DNA of 64,000 nt from Octopus sinensis (taxonomy: Eukaryota), in contig NC_043002.1 in assembly GCF_006345805.1 (NCBI RefSeq), positions 17,980,001 through 18,044,000 of the forward strand, in the 5' to 3' direction. The notes beneath the pieces are model-generated. The model did not search any database and was not told where the DNA came from. It saw only the letters and a list, made by a program, of their open reading frames with translations. Shown piece by piece: positions 13,302-26,010 of this stretch. The translations under genes and the position numbers were made by a program. Each line of letters starts with the position of its first letter. Position 1 is the stretch's first letter.

Positions 13302-13362
13302 TATATACATATATACATACATATATATATATACAGGTACATATTTATGTGTACATATATAC

Positions 13363-13394
<32 letters not shown>

Positions 13395-13725
13395 ACATAT
13401 ATATACATATATATACACGCATATATATATTTACATTTTGTATATATATATATATATATATATACAAAATGTAAATATATATATATATCCATATATACAT
13501 ACATATATATATATATACAGGTACATATTTATGTGTACATATATACATATATATATATGTGTGTGTGTGTGTGTACATATATTTATACACACATATATGT
13601 ACATTATATAAAAATACATACATGCATGCATGCATGCATGCCTACATACATACATACACATACATACATACATACATACATACATACATACATACATACA
13701 TACATACATACATACATACATACAT
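13245..13725. repeat. microsatellite mosaic with a ~175-bp internal tandem duplication and (TACA)n
   Basis: tttacattttg...tacaggtacatatttatgtgtac block occurs twice. Confidence 0.9.
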
Positions 13726-14727
13726 GGGCGACGGATATCCAGACTAACCGACAGACAAGGCTTACAGAGACATACAGAAATATTCTCGGACTGCATGCGT
13801 GCGTGTGTCTATACATTGTGAAGTATTTTTTAAATTCATATTGCATCCGTTGGTGATAGAACAGAATAAGTCGTAATCATTGATTTTAATTCAGAATTTA
13901 CTAGGATTATTTTTCTAATGTATGGAATTAAAATCATAAACGCATTTTTTATGTAAATAATATTGAATAATCAACAGGATCTATTCATCATATCAAATTA
14001 ATTTTTTTAATTTTTTTATAATAATAATTATTTAAAATGATTCGGAGAGAGGTAAATTAATGATGTATTTTTCTAATTTATCAAATATGTTTTATTTCAA
14101 TTTTTCTGTATGATATTCGTTAGTTTTTGAAAAACAAATTTGGCCAACAATTTCAACGGCAAGCAGATTGTAGCCAATATTACGCACAATCACTCTAAAA
14201 TGATATCCTGTTGAATATCCTGTATTATTTGTGGAAAATTGAATTTGCATCCGAGAAGGAAATTTACTTTTGGAATCAATCAGTGTTCAGTGGTATATCA
14301 CAGCCATGGAGAATTAAAACAAGAACATGTTACAATATGGAGAAGATAACAATGTCATTATATTATCTGCACTCACTAATCCCAAATTCGCTTGAACAGA
14401 ACTCCATGTATCTCATAAGATTTCTTAGTGTACCATTGTCATTTGATGAAGGTTTCATTTCTTATCTATACAAAATATAATCTAATAGTAAGTAAACGGA
14501 ATATTCAAGATTATGTTAATAAGATTGGGTCTTACAAATGAAACTAGCTTATGTTGTACGAACTGTCTTCAATGTTTCCTTCGTTCTTTCATATTCCCCA
14601 GTATATTTGCCTTTCTGCGCTTCTTTAAGAATATGAAAATAAAAATATAAAGAGAAGCCACTGAAGTAGATGGTACGCGATCACTCGAGTTACAAAAATT
14701 AGCAGGCAAATCTGCTTCGAAACATAC

Positions 14728-15123
14728 TATTTATTTATGGCGCACAAGGGGCTAAACATAGAGGGGAGAAACAAGGACAAAAAGATTAAATGGATTACAT
14801 CGACCCCAGTGAGTAACTGGTACTTATTTGATCGACTCCGAAAGGATGAAAGGCAAAGTCGACCTCGGCAACATTTGAACTCAGAACGTAGCGGCAGACG
14901 AAATACCTATTTCTTTACTACACACAAGGGAGGACAAACAAGGACAGACAAACGGATTAAGTCGATTATATCGACCCCACTCCGTAACTGGTACTTATTT
15001 AATAGACCCCGAATGGATGAAAGGCAAAGTCGACCTCGGTGTAATTTGAACTCAGAACGTAGCGGCAGACGAAATGCCGGTAAGCATTTCTCCCAGCGTG
15101 CTAACGTTTCTGCCACCTGCCGC
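14728..15123 (-). mobile_element. tRNA-derived SINE, family C, dimeric body
   Basis: head ggcg..gagctggcagaaacgttagc, core gactttgcctttcatcc..ggggtcgata twice; perfect 21-bp TSD caaatctgcttcgaaacatac (14707-14727 / 15124-15144). Confidence 0.92.
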
Positions 15124-15498
15124 CAAATCTGCTTCGAAACATACACAAACGTCTACCAAAAGGGAACGACACATTAGATAATGAAGACCTTCCTACATAC
15201 CTATTTATCGATCGAATATTCATTTTTTGAAGGCTTTTATTATATACTCTGTTTGGCATAAGTGATCTGGGTTTAAAACAATAGTAATATCTACAACAAC
15301 ATGCAAAATGTAGCCAGATGCTTTGCTAGAAATATCAGCCATATCTGAGGTCATCATCACCTTCAGGCTTACCAGAATACAAGGCAGGATATAGCATGCA
15401 TAATCATACGACTGTAGTCATTACGACTATATTCCAAGAGTGTAAATAGACTAAAATTCTGGTTGAGCGCTGCACTGGAAAATGTGCTTTGTCTGTGG

Positions 15499-15500
<2 letters not shown>

Positions 15501-15550
<50 letters not shown>

Positions 15551-15637
15551 GGGGTATGTATGTATGTATGTATGTATGTATGTATGTATGTATGTATGTA
15601 TGTATGTATGTATGTATGTATGTATGTATGTATGTAT
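15501..15637. repeat. (TA)n-(TATG)n microsatellite
   Basis: direct inspection. Confidence 0.95.
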
Positions 15638-16029
15638 GAATATGCACTTATACATGCTCTCTTTTTCGTGCTTCACGAGCTAGATTCGTTTGATTAGGCT
15701 ACTAAAATTGCTAATCTGCTACTTTATATAAGAAAAAAACTTTTAAGACATAGAAAGTGAATTTTTTAAAGTCCGGAGGCATCATTGATTTTAATAGTAA
15801 TCTAGCAAGGCCGCAACAGAAAATTTCATTATTATTTGTTAAATTCATAATATTTTCTAATGAATCATAGTACTAAAGAGTAATATCTAATTTGAAAAGT
15901 ATTTTTTAAATATTTAATTCTAAACGGGACTCAGTTTTCAATGACTAATATGTTGCTATTCTTTTGTTTGGAAGCATTACAACGTTTGGTTGTAGCATCG
16001 AGGTTCGCAGTTTAAGCTGATCTTTTAGA

Positions 16030-16650
16030 AGGGCGTCCGTAATTTGCAACCTTCAGGCAGTCTTGATTTCGTTTAAGTATGAAAATGTAAATTCACAGTA
16101 ATATATCGTAGCGAAGCAGGAAAGCATCCTTCCTGCATGTTGACAAATTTGTGAGCATTCTACAGCATTTTTCCATACTTCAACTTGATATTTTGGGGGG
16201 GTTAAATAATGGCTTTCAAATGTCATCTCGTTTAATTCCATCTGTGAGCTCGTTTAATTCCATCTGAAACTCTTTAGGAGCCTTGCAGGCATAAACTATA
16301 TGCGATTGAAACATTAGTTTGAGTATAATATCATGTTTCTCAAAGTCAGTGAACCTTTCACTGTATACTTCAACTAATTAATGGAGACACCTGCATATTC
16401 ATCGACGGATTCATACGAATTTTCATGGTAATAAATGACTTTAGCGAGCTGGGGAAAGTGTACATCTCAAATTTCATTATGAAGAAGATCTTTCCAAAAA
16501 GATAGCTTTTTTCGATATACTTGAATTTTTTGTCACATCAGAAAACAGATTTTCTTTTACCCTTCAAATAAATATGCAAGTGATTTTGTTTTGGCATGAT
16601 AGAGTGGTAGTAATACCAGTAAGATGCGGGAGTTAACGCTCGTCAACATA
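16030..16650 (-). pseudogene. degraded hAT transposase C-terminus (Charlie/SPIN/GTF2IRD2-like)
   Basis: fragments KKLSFWKDLLHNEI*DVHFPQLA, YSERFTDFEKHD..KAPKEFQMELNEL, RMLSCFATIYYCEFTFSYLNEIK (hAT dimerisation domain); degenerate hAT-like end at about 16850-16891. Confidence 0.75.
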
Positions 16651-18280
16651 TTCCAGAGCTAACTAATGAGCTTATAAAATGTCAAAATAGTCCTTATGAC
16701 TTTCTTAATTGTGTCATGTCAAGAAAAATAGCATAACTAATCGTCTCTTACTCGTATATTATTTACAGTATGTTTCTTTTAGGTCTAACCGGTAAATTAT
16801 TAATAGAATTAAGAAATTTTGCTGACGTAATCTGGTAGCGTTCAGAAGGCCGCACACAACGGCCTCGAAGGTCCCAGATTCTCAATCTCTGATTTAGGAG
16901 AAGTAGTTCTACGCAACCCAAACAGACGGGGTTTCAGCGGTTGGAATGATTTTCATTATTTCCCCCTCTGTCATAGATGTCCTCCTACTAAAAAATAACC
17001 TTAATCTACTTTTTTTGAAACCGGTATTATTTGCTTCCTAATAGAAGTTTCAAATATTGGCACAATGCCAGCAACTTTTAGAGGGTACAAGTAGAGTACA
17101 TCGATTTCAGTAGATGAATGATACAAATCGACCTCAGTGGAATCAGACCTCAGAACTACCAAGCATTTTTCCCAATGCATTCACGATATTGTAAGCTTGC
17201 TTCCATACTGGTTTTAAATTTTGGTACAAAACCCGCAATTTTTAGTTAAAAGAGTTAGTACATACCATAGACCCTGGTGGAAATGGAACTCAGGCATTTT
17301 GACAGACATTCTAACAGTCGTCGGGTTATTCTATTTTTTAATAATACAAATAATACAGAGCTCACTCTCATATAGAAGATAACATATAGCGTGCCCTACA
17401 TCTTTCTTTTCATCTCAATGAGCTGGCATATCTCGGAGTGTTGAGTGCATCTTAAAACCGGATATCAATTTCCAAAGATGTCATTTTCCATCTAATTTAG
17501 TGAACGAAAGATTTTCAGATATTTAAAATCGAATTACATTTATAATTAAATATACAAATTGAAATTCAAGAATTTATAAATAAAGCATCAAGAAAGGAAA
17601 TTATACATGAAAAACAGAATACATGTTGATGAAAATTTCAGTTAATGTTATTAATTTTTTTTTCAAATCAAATCGAATATTTAAAGGCGAACTCATTTCG
17701 TAATTTTCTACTCCTCACTTTATCTGTATACAATAATCTTCGTTAAATAGTATCATGCTAAATTGTAGGTACTTACCTTAGTTTATATCGAATTAAGATC
17801 CGATAATTTATGGGCTGTGAGAATATATCACATGTAATCTAAACATCTCCGGCAAATATGTACATATGTGTGAATATTTGTACTTACACACACAAACATA
17901 CATACAGTACTGTTTTTGTGACTCACGTGGTGAAATTTTGGGAGGGAGATACGAATTCGCTAGTCTATATAAATGTGGATATGCTGCACTTGATCGAATA
18001 TATAAAAGGTAACTTTTTCCTAGCATTTCTAGATTTATGGGAAATATTATGTTGATAAGGAAATGAACTTTACGATTCTAATCCAGAAACGATCGTCCAT
18101 AATTAATCCAGTAGACTGTGTGATTTCATTGTCTTCCTTCTTTTTACCATATATGAGTTACAAATACTGTTGTTTGTGGAGACTCACTTTTGTAGAAATA
18201 GTAATACTAGCCCTTTGACTGCTATTTCTAAGATTTCCAGTATGTGGTTTAAGCAACTTGTTGCAAAAAACCCTTTATTA

Positions 18281-18319
<39 letters not shown>

Positions 18320-18638
18320 TATATACATATGATTAGAAGATAAAGACAATTCTTTAATACATCCTTAATGATTCGATACGTTACAATTGTCTATCTATCA
18401 ACTCTATTTGCAACGCCACTTGACACTTGTCTTCTTCTCATCCTTTGGCTTATTTACTCTTTGCTAAACCCACTTTACGGTGTGACCATCGTGAAATTTG
18501 GATTTTCAACACGTGAGAAATTCGGTCTTTGGCCCTGAACCCGACGGTTTGAAAGCCCAGTATTCGGGTCGAGTACTTCCCTGGAGAATACAACCTAACT
18601 TTACAACCTACCAGAACCTTAGGCATATATGTATATAC

Positions 18639-18705
<67 letters not shown>

Positions 18706-18711
<6 letters not shown>

Positions 18712-19122
18712 TAATAAAAGGAATTCCAACCTTGTCTGATTTTCACGTTTTATTTACAACCTTATAATGATATAATATAAGATATAATAGAATAAAATAA
18801 AATAGTAGAATGTTAAATGTTCGTTCTGATGGAACTAGTACTTTCATGCATTAAATTCTGCAATCTTCGGGTTCATGTAGTAGTGGTGACAGTCATGCTT
18901 CACAATTTTTGACAGTCAAAAATTGTGAAGCATGACTGTCACCACTACTACATGAACCCGAAGATTGCAGAATTTAATGCATGAAAGTACTAGTTCCATC
19001 ATAACGAACATTTAACATTCTACTATTTTATTTTATTCTATTATATCTTATATTATATCATTATAAGGTTGTAAATAAAACGTGAAAATCAGACAAGGTT
19101 GGAATTCCTTTTATTAATATAT
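18706..19122. repeat. 417-bp palindrome: 208-bp arms, 1-nt spacer (18914), one mismatch
   Basis: position p pairs with 37828-p throughout; centre ...tttttgac A gtcaaaaa... Confidence 0.96.
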
Positions 19123-19151
19123 TCTTCTATACACAATCACACACACCCGTA

Positions 19152-19210
<59 letters not shown>

Positions 19211-20300
19211 ATATGTTGGTGTGTACATAAACATATACATAAATGCGTATGTGACTTTGCGTCTACATTTATGGGTAATGTTTTAAAATGTCTTTAGATA
19301 ATATTCTTTTTCTTGTAATGTGTCATTTTGAAAGAATAATCACGTTGAATATCTCCTACGGAATGGTGCTTTCCACGGCTGTGTTGTTTGGTGAGTTTTC
19401 TGAGTAAATAAACACACATCCCCTAGTGGAATTGTTCCTCATGTTGTAGAATATATATCCATATGTGTGTGTGTATGGGTATGCATGTATGTGTGTTTGT
19501 GTGTATACGTGTCTTGTGTGTGTGTATCTGTACGTGTCTTGTTTGTGTATGTCAGCTTGTATTTAGCAAATTTTTAACTTGTCACCATAATGCATATCAA
19601 TCACTGAGATGATGCAAAATTCCAGTTATTTCATTTTAAAAATTTGCTTCTATTAATTCTCCATCAATTCAGTAATTATCTTCCATAGGATGTGACGCAT
19701 CATATTTTTAAGACAGAAATGTTTAAATAACACTAACATTTAATGAAACATTTTAAAAAGTATATTTATAAACCAACCTAAGGTTGATTAATATTCCGAG
19801 GTTAATGACCATCTATCAGCATGATCGGTGTCCTTCCACTTTTTCTTCCAATTAGGTTACGTTTTCTCTTTCCCCCACCCTTTCTTTCTGCTCGTAATTA
19901 ATTGGAACTGAGGGAGGTCTGGCATTGTTCGTAATTCCATATTATGATTTTTCTGTCCTCTGCATTAATATGTAATTGTCCCGTGCATAATGCGTAATTG
20001 TTAGTAATTTGCATAGCGCGAAGCATGTGTATATTTGGAGCTCTAACATCTGTTATTGTATTTCTTCCGGAACACTGATGAGATGAAGTGCGCATTGTTT
20101 CTTTAAACTTTATGTATTTATTGCATTTTTGCTGAAACGTTTGTATCTTCCGTAAAGCGTAGAATACACTTTTTTCCTGCTCAATTATTATCAATTATTA
20201 CTATTATCATCACTATTATCATTGTTATTATTAGTAGTAGTAGTAGTAGTAGTAGTAGTCGTAGTATTAGTATTAGTAGTAGTAGTAGTAGTAGTAAGAA

Positions 20301-20645
20301 AGGCGGTGAGCTGGCAGAAACGTTAGCACGCCGGGCGAAATGCTTAGCGGTATTTCGTCTGCCGTTACCCTTCTGAGTTCAAATTCCGCCGAGGTCGACT
20401 TTACCTTTCATCCTTTTGGGGTCGATAAATTAAGTACCAGTTACGCACTGGGGTCGATGTCATCGACTTAATCCGTCTGTCTGTCCTTGTTTGTTTCCTC
20501 TGTGTTTAGCCCCTTGTGGGTATTAAAGAAATAGGTATTTTTGGTTTGTCGCTACGTTATGAGTTCAAATGTTGCCGAGGTCGACATTGCCTTTCATCCT
20601 TTCGGGGTCGATAAGGTACTTACCAGTTGATCATTGGGGTCGATG
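20301..20645 (+). mobile_element. family C SINE with partial second module
   Basis: same head, core and tail as 33977-34208; follows an (AGT)n run. Confidence 0.9.
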
Positions 20646-21185
20646 CTTTTTTCTTTTGTTTTCCGTGTATGTAGTGTGTCGTGTAGGCATTATTTCTCTT
20701 GCTTATGAATATTAACAAGTGTACATGGATGCGTGAATATTTGCACGTATAGGTAACTATTCAAATTACGTACTTACTTTGTATATGGTGCTGGATTCAA
20801 CTTCTCGCATATGTTGCGCTGAGATATCGTGCATTTAAGAAAGAAACAACCCTATATATATGAAAAAACCTTCCTGGTTTTTAGTTTCTGTTTTAACAAA
20901 ACTTTTCCCACGGTTATATTGCGAGGTTTTCATTCCATCGCACCGATTTTATTGGATTGAGTTCGTTTTTTGGAGATAACTTCTTAGTGTACGTTCATGT
21001 TGTTATTTAACCCAGAGCACATTCCTGTTATTTAGCCCGGAGTTAATTATTATTTGTTGTTGTTATTGTTATTATTTTTATCAAAGGTTTTGTTGTAATT
21101 CCTGGTGTCTTGCATGCGTAGCGGCTTGCTGCCTGTAGCCTACGGGACGATGCTATCTCTTCTTTTCAACTATCTAATAAGTTTT

Positions 21186-21300
21186 GATTTTGCCTTTCAT
21201 CCTTTCGGGATTGATAAATTAAGTACAAGTTTAATACTGTTGTCGATGTAATCGACTATTCCCTTCCTCCAAGTTCCAGGCCTTGTTCCTACAGTACAAG
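21186..21300 (+). mobile_element. family C SINE 3' fragment
   Basis: ttttgcctttcatcctttcgggattgataaattaagtac core. Confidence 0.75.
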
Positions 21301-22669
21301 GATTATTATTATATTTATTGACGATTTGACTCGGGTTCGTTGTTATTCCTGGCAGAATGTAGGTCGGTAGCGGGTTACTCTCTTGTAACTTTAGGTAACA
21401 AGTTTTCAATAAACTATCAAATGTTTAAGACTTTAAGAGATTATGTTTTTCTTTTTATTTTTTTGTTTTCCATCCTCTTTCTTTATAATCCAAGACTCAA
21501 TCCTAGAATTGGCTCGTAATCTGTGCTCTAGCCAATTCCGAAGTTGATGCCCTACATCGTACAACTCAGGATAGTTACAGTGCTATATAGAGCCCACTAT
21601 TGAACACGATCTTTGACTACAGCGGAATGCTGTGATATTGAAGGCGGGATGAGTACCATTCTTGTTTTTCTCATTTTGTTCGTGTTCGGAAGATTAGAAG
21701 CTGCAGTAGTGTAAAAGATCTTATCTTCAACACTTCTAGGGAAATTTGAGAAAAACTTCAATGAGTTATTCACAGTCAATTTGGAAAGTATCTGCCTAAG
21801 GTGGTTAGAATCATTTTACATGTAATTAAGTATTTCTTTATGTTTCTGATGGGGATAATATATATACAATTGAAGGGGTCGTGAATTTTTGAAGGTATGA
21901 TAAAACTTATTTTTATGATTCCAACGGTCTGACGTAATTTGACGTCGGTTACTGCTAACAGCCTTCAGTACTTTAAGATAATACCACGAAAGTATTGTAA
22001 AAGTCAAAGAATTTAGTAATTTTGCTTCTAGCCGTACTTACCCATAGTAAATTCAAAAACGTAATTACATTTTTATTAATCTATAGATTATGTCTTTAGT
22101 TGACTACCGTTTTTTAAGTATGTAGAGGATTCCTATTTCGTTCCCAGTGATATTGATAAGAGGCAGTGGTTTGGATTACTTCAATATATTTCAAGCTAAT
22201 TTGCGTATAAATATCATAGCTCAGACAAGCAAAATTCTTTTCTTTTTTTTATTTTACAAGATTAAAAGAGTTAATTGCCAATAAGGTATTATTCGATGGC
22301 GATAGACGTAAAAGCCGTTTGAGACGTAAATGCCTTACACTCTGATGCCTAAGTTTCCTAACCACGGAGATACTTGATCAGAGTTAATCAGTCTAATGGA
22401 TGCTCCCGGTACGATACCGCTTTTCTGATCATTGGACACGAAAAACAGTCTTTGAACATATTAGAAGTATTTCAACCTATAAAAGTATAAAATAAACTTA
22501 GTATATAAACGTATTATATAAATAAAGAACATGAAATTAGTAGTCTTAGCATGGTATCTATTGATATTAGGAATTGATACAAATATTGATTTAGCTATTA
22601 TTTAATGGCCAGTAAAGATAAAGTTATGCAGGAAATATATGTAGAATATATATATATAGTTGGAATTTA

Positions 22670-22860
22670 CAAAAAAAAAACAATAGACGAAGACAGGTGT
22701 ATAGACAACAAAAAGGTGTATTAGTTTAGCGCTCGGGGAGGTGAGAAAGTCTTTTAGGTTTCGAGCCTACGCTCTTGAGCAGAAAGGAACACGAGAAAAT
22801 AAACAGAGGGAGAATAAAAAGAGCTTTAGTGGCTAGCGGTCGATCATGGCGATGGCTGGA
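22670..22860 (-). mobile_element. probable PLE-derived terminal fragment with a degenerate hammerhead-like motif
   Basis: between TA runs; minus 22786-22751 folds as cttt/aaag stem I, gagc-gtag-gctc stem II, GAAAC; core degenerate (ctgctcaa). Confidence 0.45.
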
Positions 22861-22867
22861 CGGAGAT

Positions 22868-22963
<96 letters not shown>

Positions 22964-23929
22964 ACATATATGAGTTCGTGTATGTATGTGTATATATATA
23001 TATACATGCATATGTATGCACACTCATGTCGCTGAAACATTATACAATGCCCTCCGAAAAAAGATTGTCCTGAAATTATTATAAAGAATCCCATTATTAT
23101 TGAATGCATGCATTAACATGAACATACGGAATATCAGCGGAACATTATCATGGAAAGTTCTAAGAATTGCAAATATAACAGGCTGGATGTTATTATTTGC
23201 AGTAGATAAGAAAAATTGTGTACCGCCATAAAGACTATCTGTCCAGATTCTATATCCAGATTATAAATTCACATCTATGCCAATAGTAATTGATGTACTT
23301 GGTTTTTGTGATTAAATTCCAAATTGTCAACCTCGTAAGTCTAGAGATTTCAGGAAAAGAGATAATCCAGCTAAAACTCATATTACAAACGCAATCTCTT
23401 AGCAGAACAGTAAAAAGATGTAAGACATTTCTCCATTTCAATACAGGTGTTTTTACTTTTTATTTATTCATTTATTTATTTATTTGTACACCACAAAATT
23501 GGGGGTTTGTAACTTTGTTTGAAACCAGCTTGTTCCTTACAGGGAGACATGATAATTTAAGTAATGTGAGCATGCATGCATATATACAATATATAAAACA
23601 AACAAAAGAGTTGAGGAAATCTTTACACACGTGCGCGCGCATGGCCAGACACCTACCTATCTATGTTTTAGATTCATTTTGTCTTTTATGTTTGTGAAAT
23701 GACAAACACAGAGTGTTATTCAGATGTTACCTTATTTTTCTGATTATTGCAAGTGCTAAAAATGTGCTTTCATGTTTTCGTTACGTAACATTATTATGCT
23801 TTAATTTGGGGCATTTCTCAGTTGAAGTGAGTTGCTTTCGTATATACGTCTCAGACTCTTGATATATTTGTTTTATAAAAAAAAGTAATAAAAATTTACA
23901 AACATAAAAATGTTGAGACTTCACATGAG

Positions 23930-24007
<78 letters not shown>

Positions 24008-24176
24008 GGTGTTGTCAATTTTAACCCACGCTGGTGGAAAGGGGAGAGCAGAAATTCTTCGCTTGCATATTCGAATTTGATAGCACTTTTAGTTCGAGCA
24101 GAATTCTAGAGGTGATAAGAAGCCGAAAGGGTATGCTCCCGACTTTCAGTGTTCCCAAATCCGATTCAAGGAATTC

Positions 24177-24228
24177 TGAGCTGAAGAAAGAAATGTCGAA
24201 TTGACTAATCTAGAAACGTACGTTCTCA
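24177..24228 (+). ncRNA. candidate type-I hammerhead ribozyme, array unit 1
   Basis: tgag-CTGAAGA-stem II-GAAAC-gtac-GTT-ctca; stem I tgag/ctca; A.A mismatch at 10.1-11.1. Confidence 0.5.
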
Positions 24229-24734
24229 AATAACCTTTGCACTTGATTTTTTAATGTTTTTTTCCCCCATACCTTTGTGAGTTGGTTTAGGCAAGCACTA
24301 TCTGAGAGAGATCTTCTTTAAGTATTAGAAATAGCTGAAGAAATTTCTTTAGCTGCTATTTCTAATGAGTTCAGTATGTGGCAAAGTAATTTATTTTACT
24401 AAGCCCTTATATATAATGTAATATTTTGAATTCGCCTATAATGGTCCCTTTACATACTGAATACTTGGTGAAATTGATTAATAATTAATTAATTTTACCC
24501 TCAATTGTTGAAATTATAATTCGTTTCTCTCTGTTTAATGCTGCGGTTTTCACCGATAAAACATAGTGTTTATCAATTTCAACCCACGCTGGTGGAAAGG
24601 GGAGAGCAGAAATTCTTCGCTTGCATATTCTGAATTTGAAAGCACTTTTAGTTCGAGCAGAATTCTAGAGGTGATAAGAAGCCGAAAGGGTATGCTCCCA
24701 CTTTCAGTGTTCCCAAATCCGAACCAAGGAGTTC

Positions 24735-24786
24735 TGAGCTGACGAAAGAAATGTCGATTTGACTAATCTAGAAACGTACGTTCTCA
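24735..24786 (+). ncRNA. candidate type-I hammerhead ribozyme, array unit 2
   Basis: tgag-CTGACGA-a-aga..gtc(gattt)gac..tct-a-GAAAC-gtac-GTT-ctca; stem I can extend (24725-24733 with 24790-24797). Confidence 0.55.
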
Positions 24787-25292
24787 AATAACCTTTGCAC
24801 TTGATTTTTTAATGTTTTTTTCCCCCATACCTTTGTGAGTTGGTTTGAGCAAACACTATCTGAGAGAGATCTTCTTTAAGTATTAGAAATAGCTGAAGAA
24901 ATTTCTTTAGCTGCTATTTCTAATGAGTTCAGTATGTGGCAAAGTAATTTATTTTACTAAGCCCTTATATATAATGTAATATTTTGAATTCGCCTATAAT
25001 GGTCTCTTTACATACTGAATACTTGGTGAAATTGATTAATAATTAATTAATTTTACCCTCAATTGTTGAAATTATAATTCGTTTCTCTCTGTTTAATGGT
25101 GCGGTTTTCACCGATAAAACATAGTGTTTATCAATTTCAACCCACGCTGGTGGAAAGGGGAGAGCAGAAATTCTTCGCTTGCATATTCTGAATTTGAAAG
25201 CACTTTTAGTTCGAGCAGAATTCTAGAGGTGATAAGAAGCCGAAAGGGTATGCTCCCACTTTCAGTGTTCCCAAATCCGAACCAAGGAGTTC

Positions 25293-25344
25293 TGAGCTGA
25301 CGAAAGAAATGTCGATTTGACTAATCTAGAAACGTACGTTCTCA
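25293..25344 (+). ncRNA. candidate type-I hammerhead ribozyme, array unit 3
   Basis: identical to the unit 2 motif. Confidence 0.55.
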
Positions 25345-25625
25345 AATAACCTTTGCACTTGATTTTTTAATGTTTTTTCCCCCATACCTTTGTGAGTTGG
25401 TTTGAGCAAACACTATCTGAGAGAGATCTTCTTTAAGTATTAGAAATAGCTGAAGAAATTTCTTTAGCTGCTATTTCTAATGAGTTCAGTATGTGGCAAA
25501 GTAATTTATTTTACTAAGCCCTTATATATAATGTAATATTTTGAATTCGCCTAAAATGGTCCCTTTACATACTGAATACTTGGTGAAATTGATTAATAAT
25601 TAATTAATTTTACCCTCAATTGTTG

Positions 25626-25677
<52 letters not shown>

Positions 25678-25689
25678 CAGGCATGTCGA

Positions 25690-26010
25690 GGATTTGCCGG
25701 CAGCTCCTTGTAAATGTTCAGCATATTCACTGGTCACTTCATAAGGATCTTTTCATCGAGAACATTTAGAATGTTGATAATGGTGTAATGAAAAACGCTC
25801 TGCCGACATTATGCGAGCGCTCGTGTTAGGCTTTTGTTCAAAATTTTCATACAAAGCCGCATCTTCCACGACACGAGATCTCCCTGACCTCGGTTTGTCT
25901 TCGAGTATTAAGTACATTGAACCAGTTTGGTGTCACACGTTCGTTGACAGTTCCTGGGCCTTCTACATCACTTTCTTTTGCCGCTTCACTTTCACACACA
26001 GTGTACAGTG
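25690..26010 (-). pseudogene. mariner transposase N-terminal (HTH) remnant
   Basis: frameshifted GPGTVNERVTPNWF / LEDKPRSGRSRVVEDAALYENFEQKPNTSAR, matching mariner WF..F...LED..RSGRP. Confidence 0.7.

Larger units (their letters stand above)
24015..25633. repeat. tandem array, 558-bp unit x ~2.9, flanked by (TA)n on both sides
   Basis: units start at 24015, 24573 and 25131; copies 2 and 3 nearly identical, copy 1 differs at about a dozen sites. Confidence 0.97.

Noticed and set aside
14211-14480. 89-codon non-repetitive ORF (also 8798-9139 and 21597-21779)
   Set aside because: No recognisable motif or convincing splice sites; ORFs of this size are expected by chance in 64 kb
24015-25633. 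CRISPR-like or satellite interpretation of the tandem arrays (also 37613-37704)
   Set aside because: Eukaryotic context, no unique spacers, no cas genes, and too few units for a satellite
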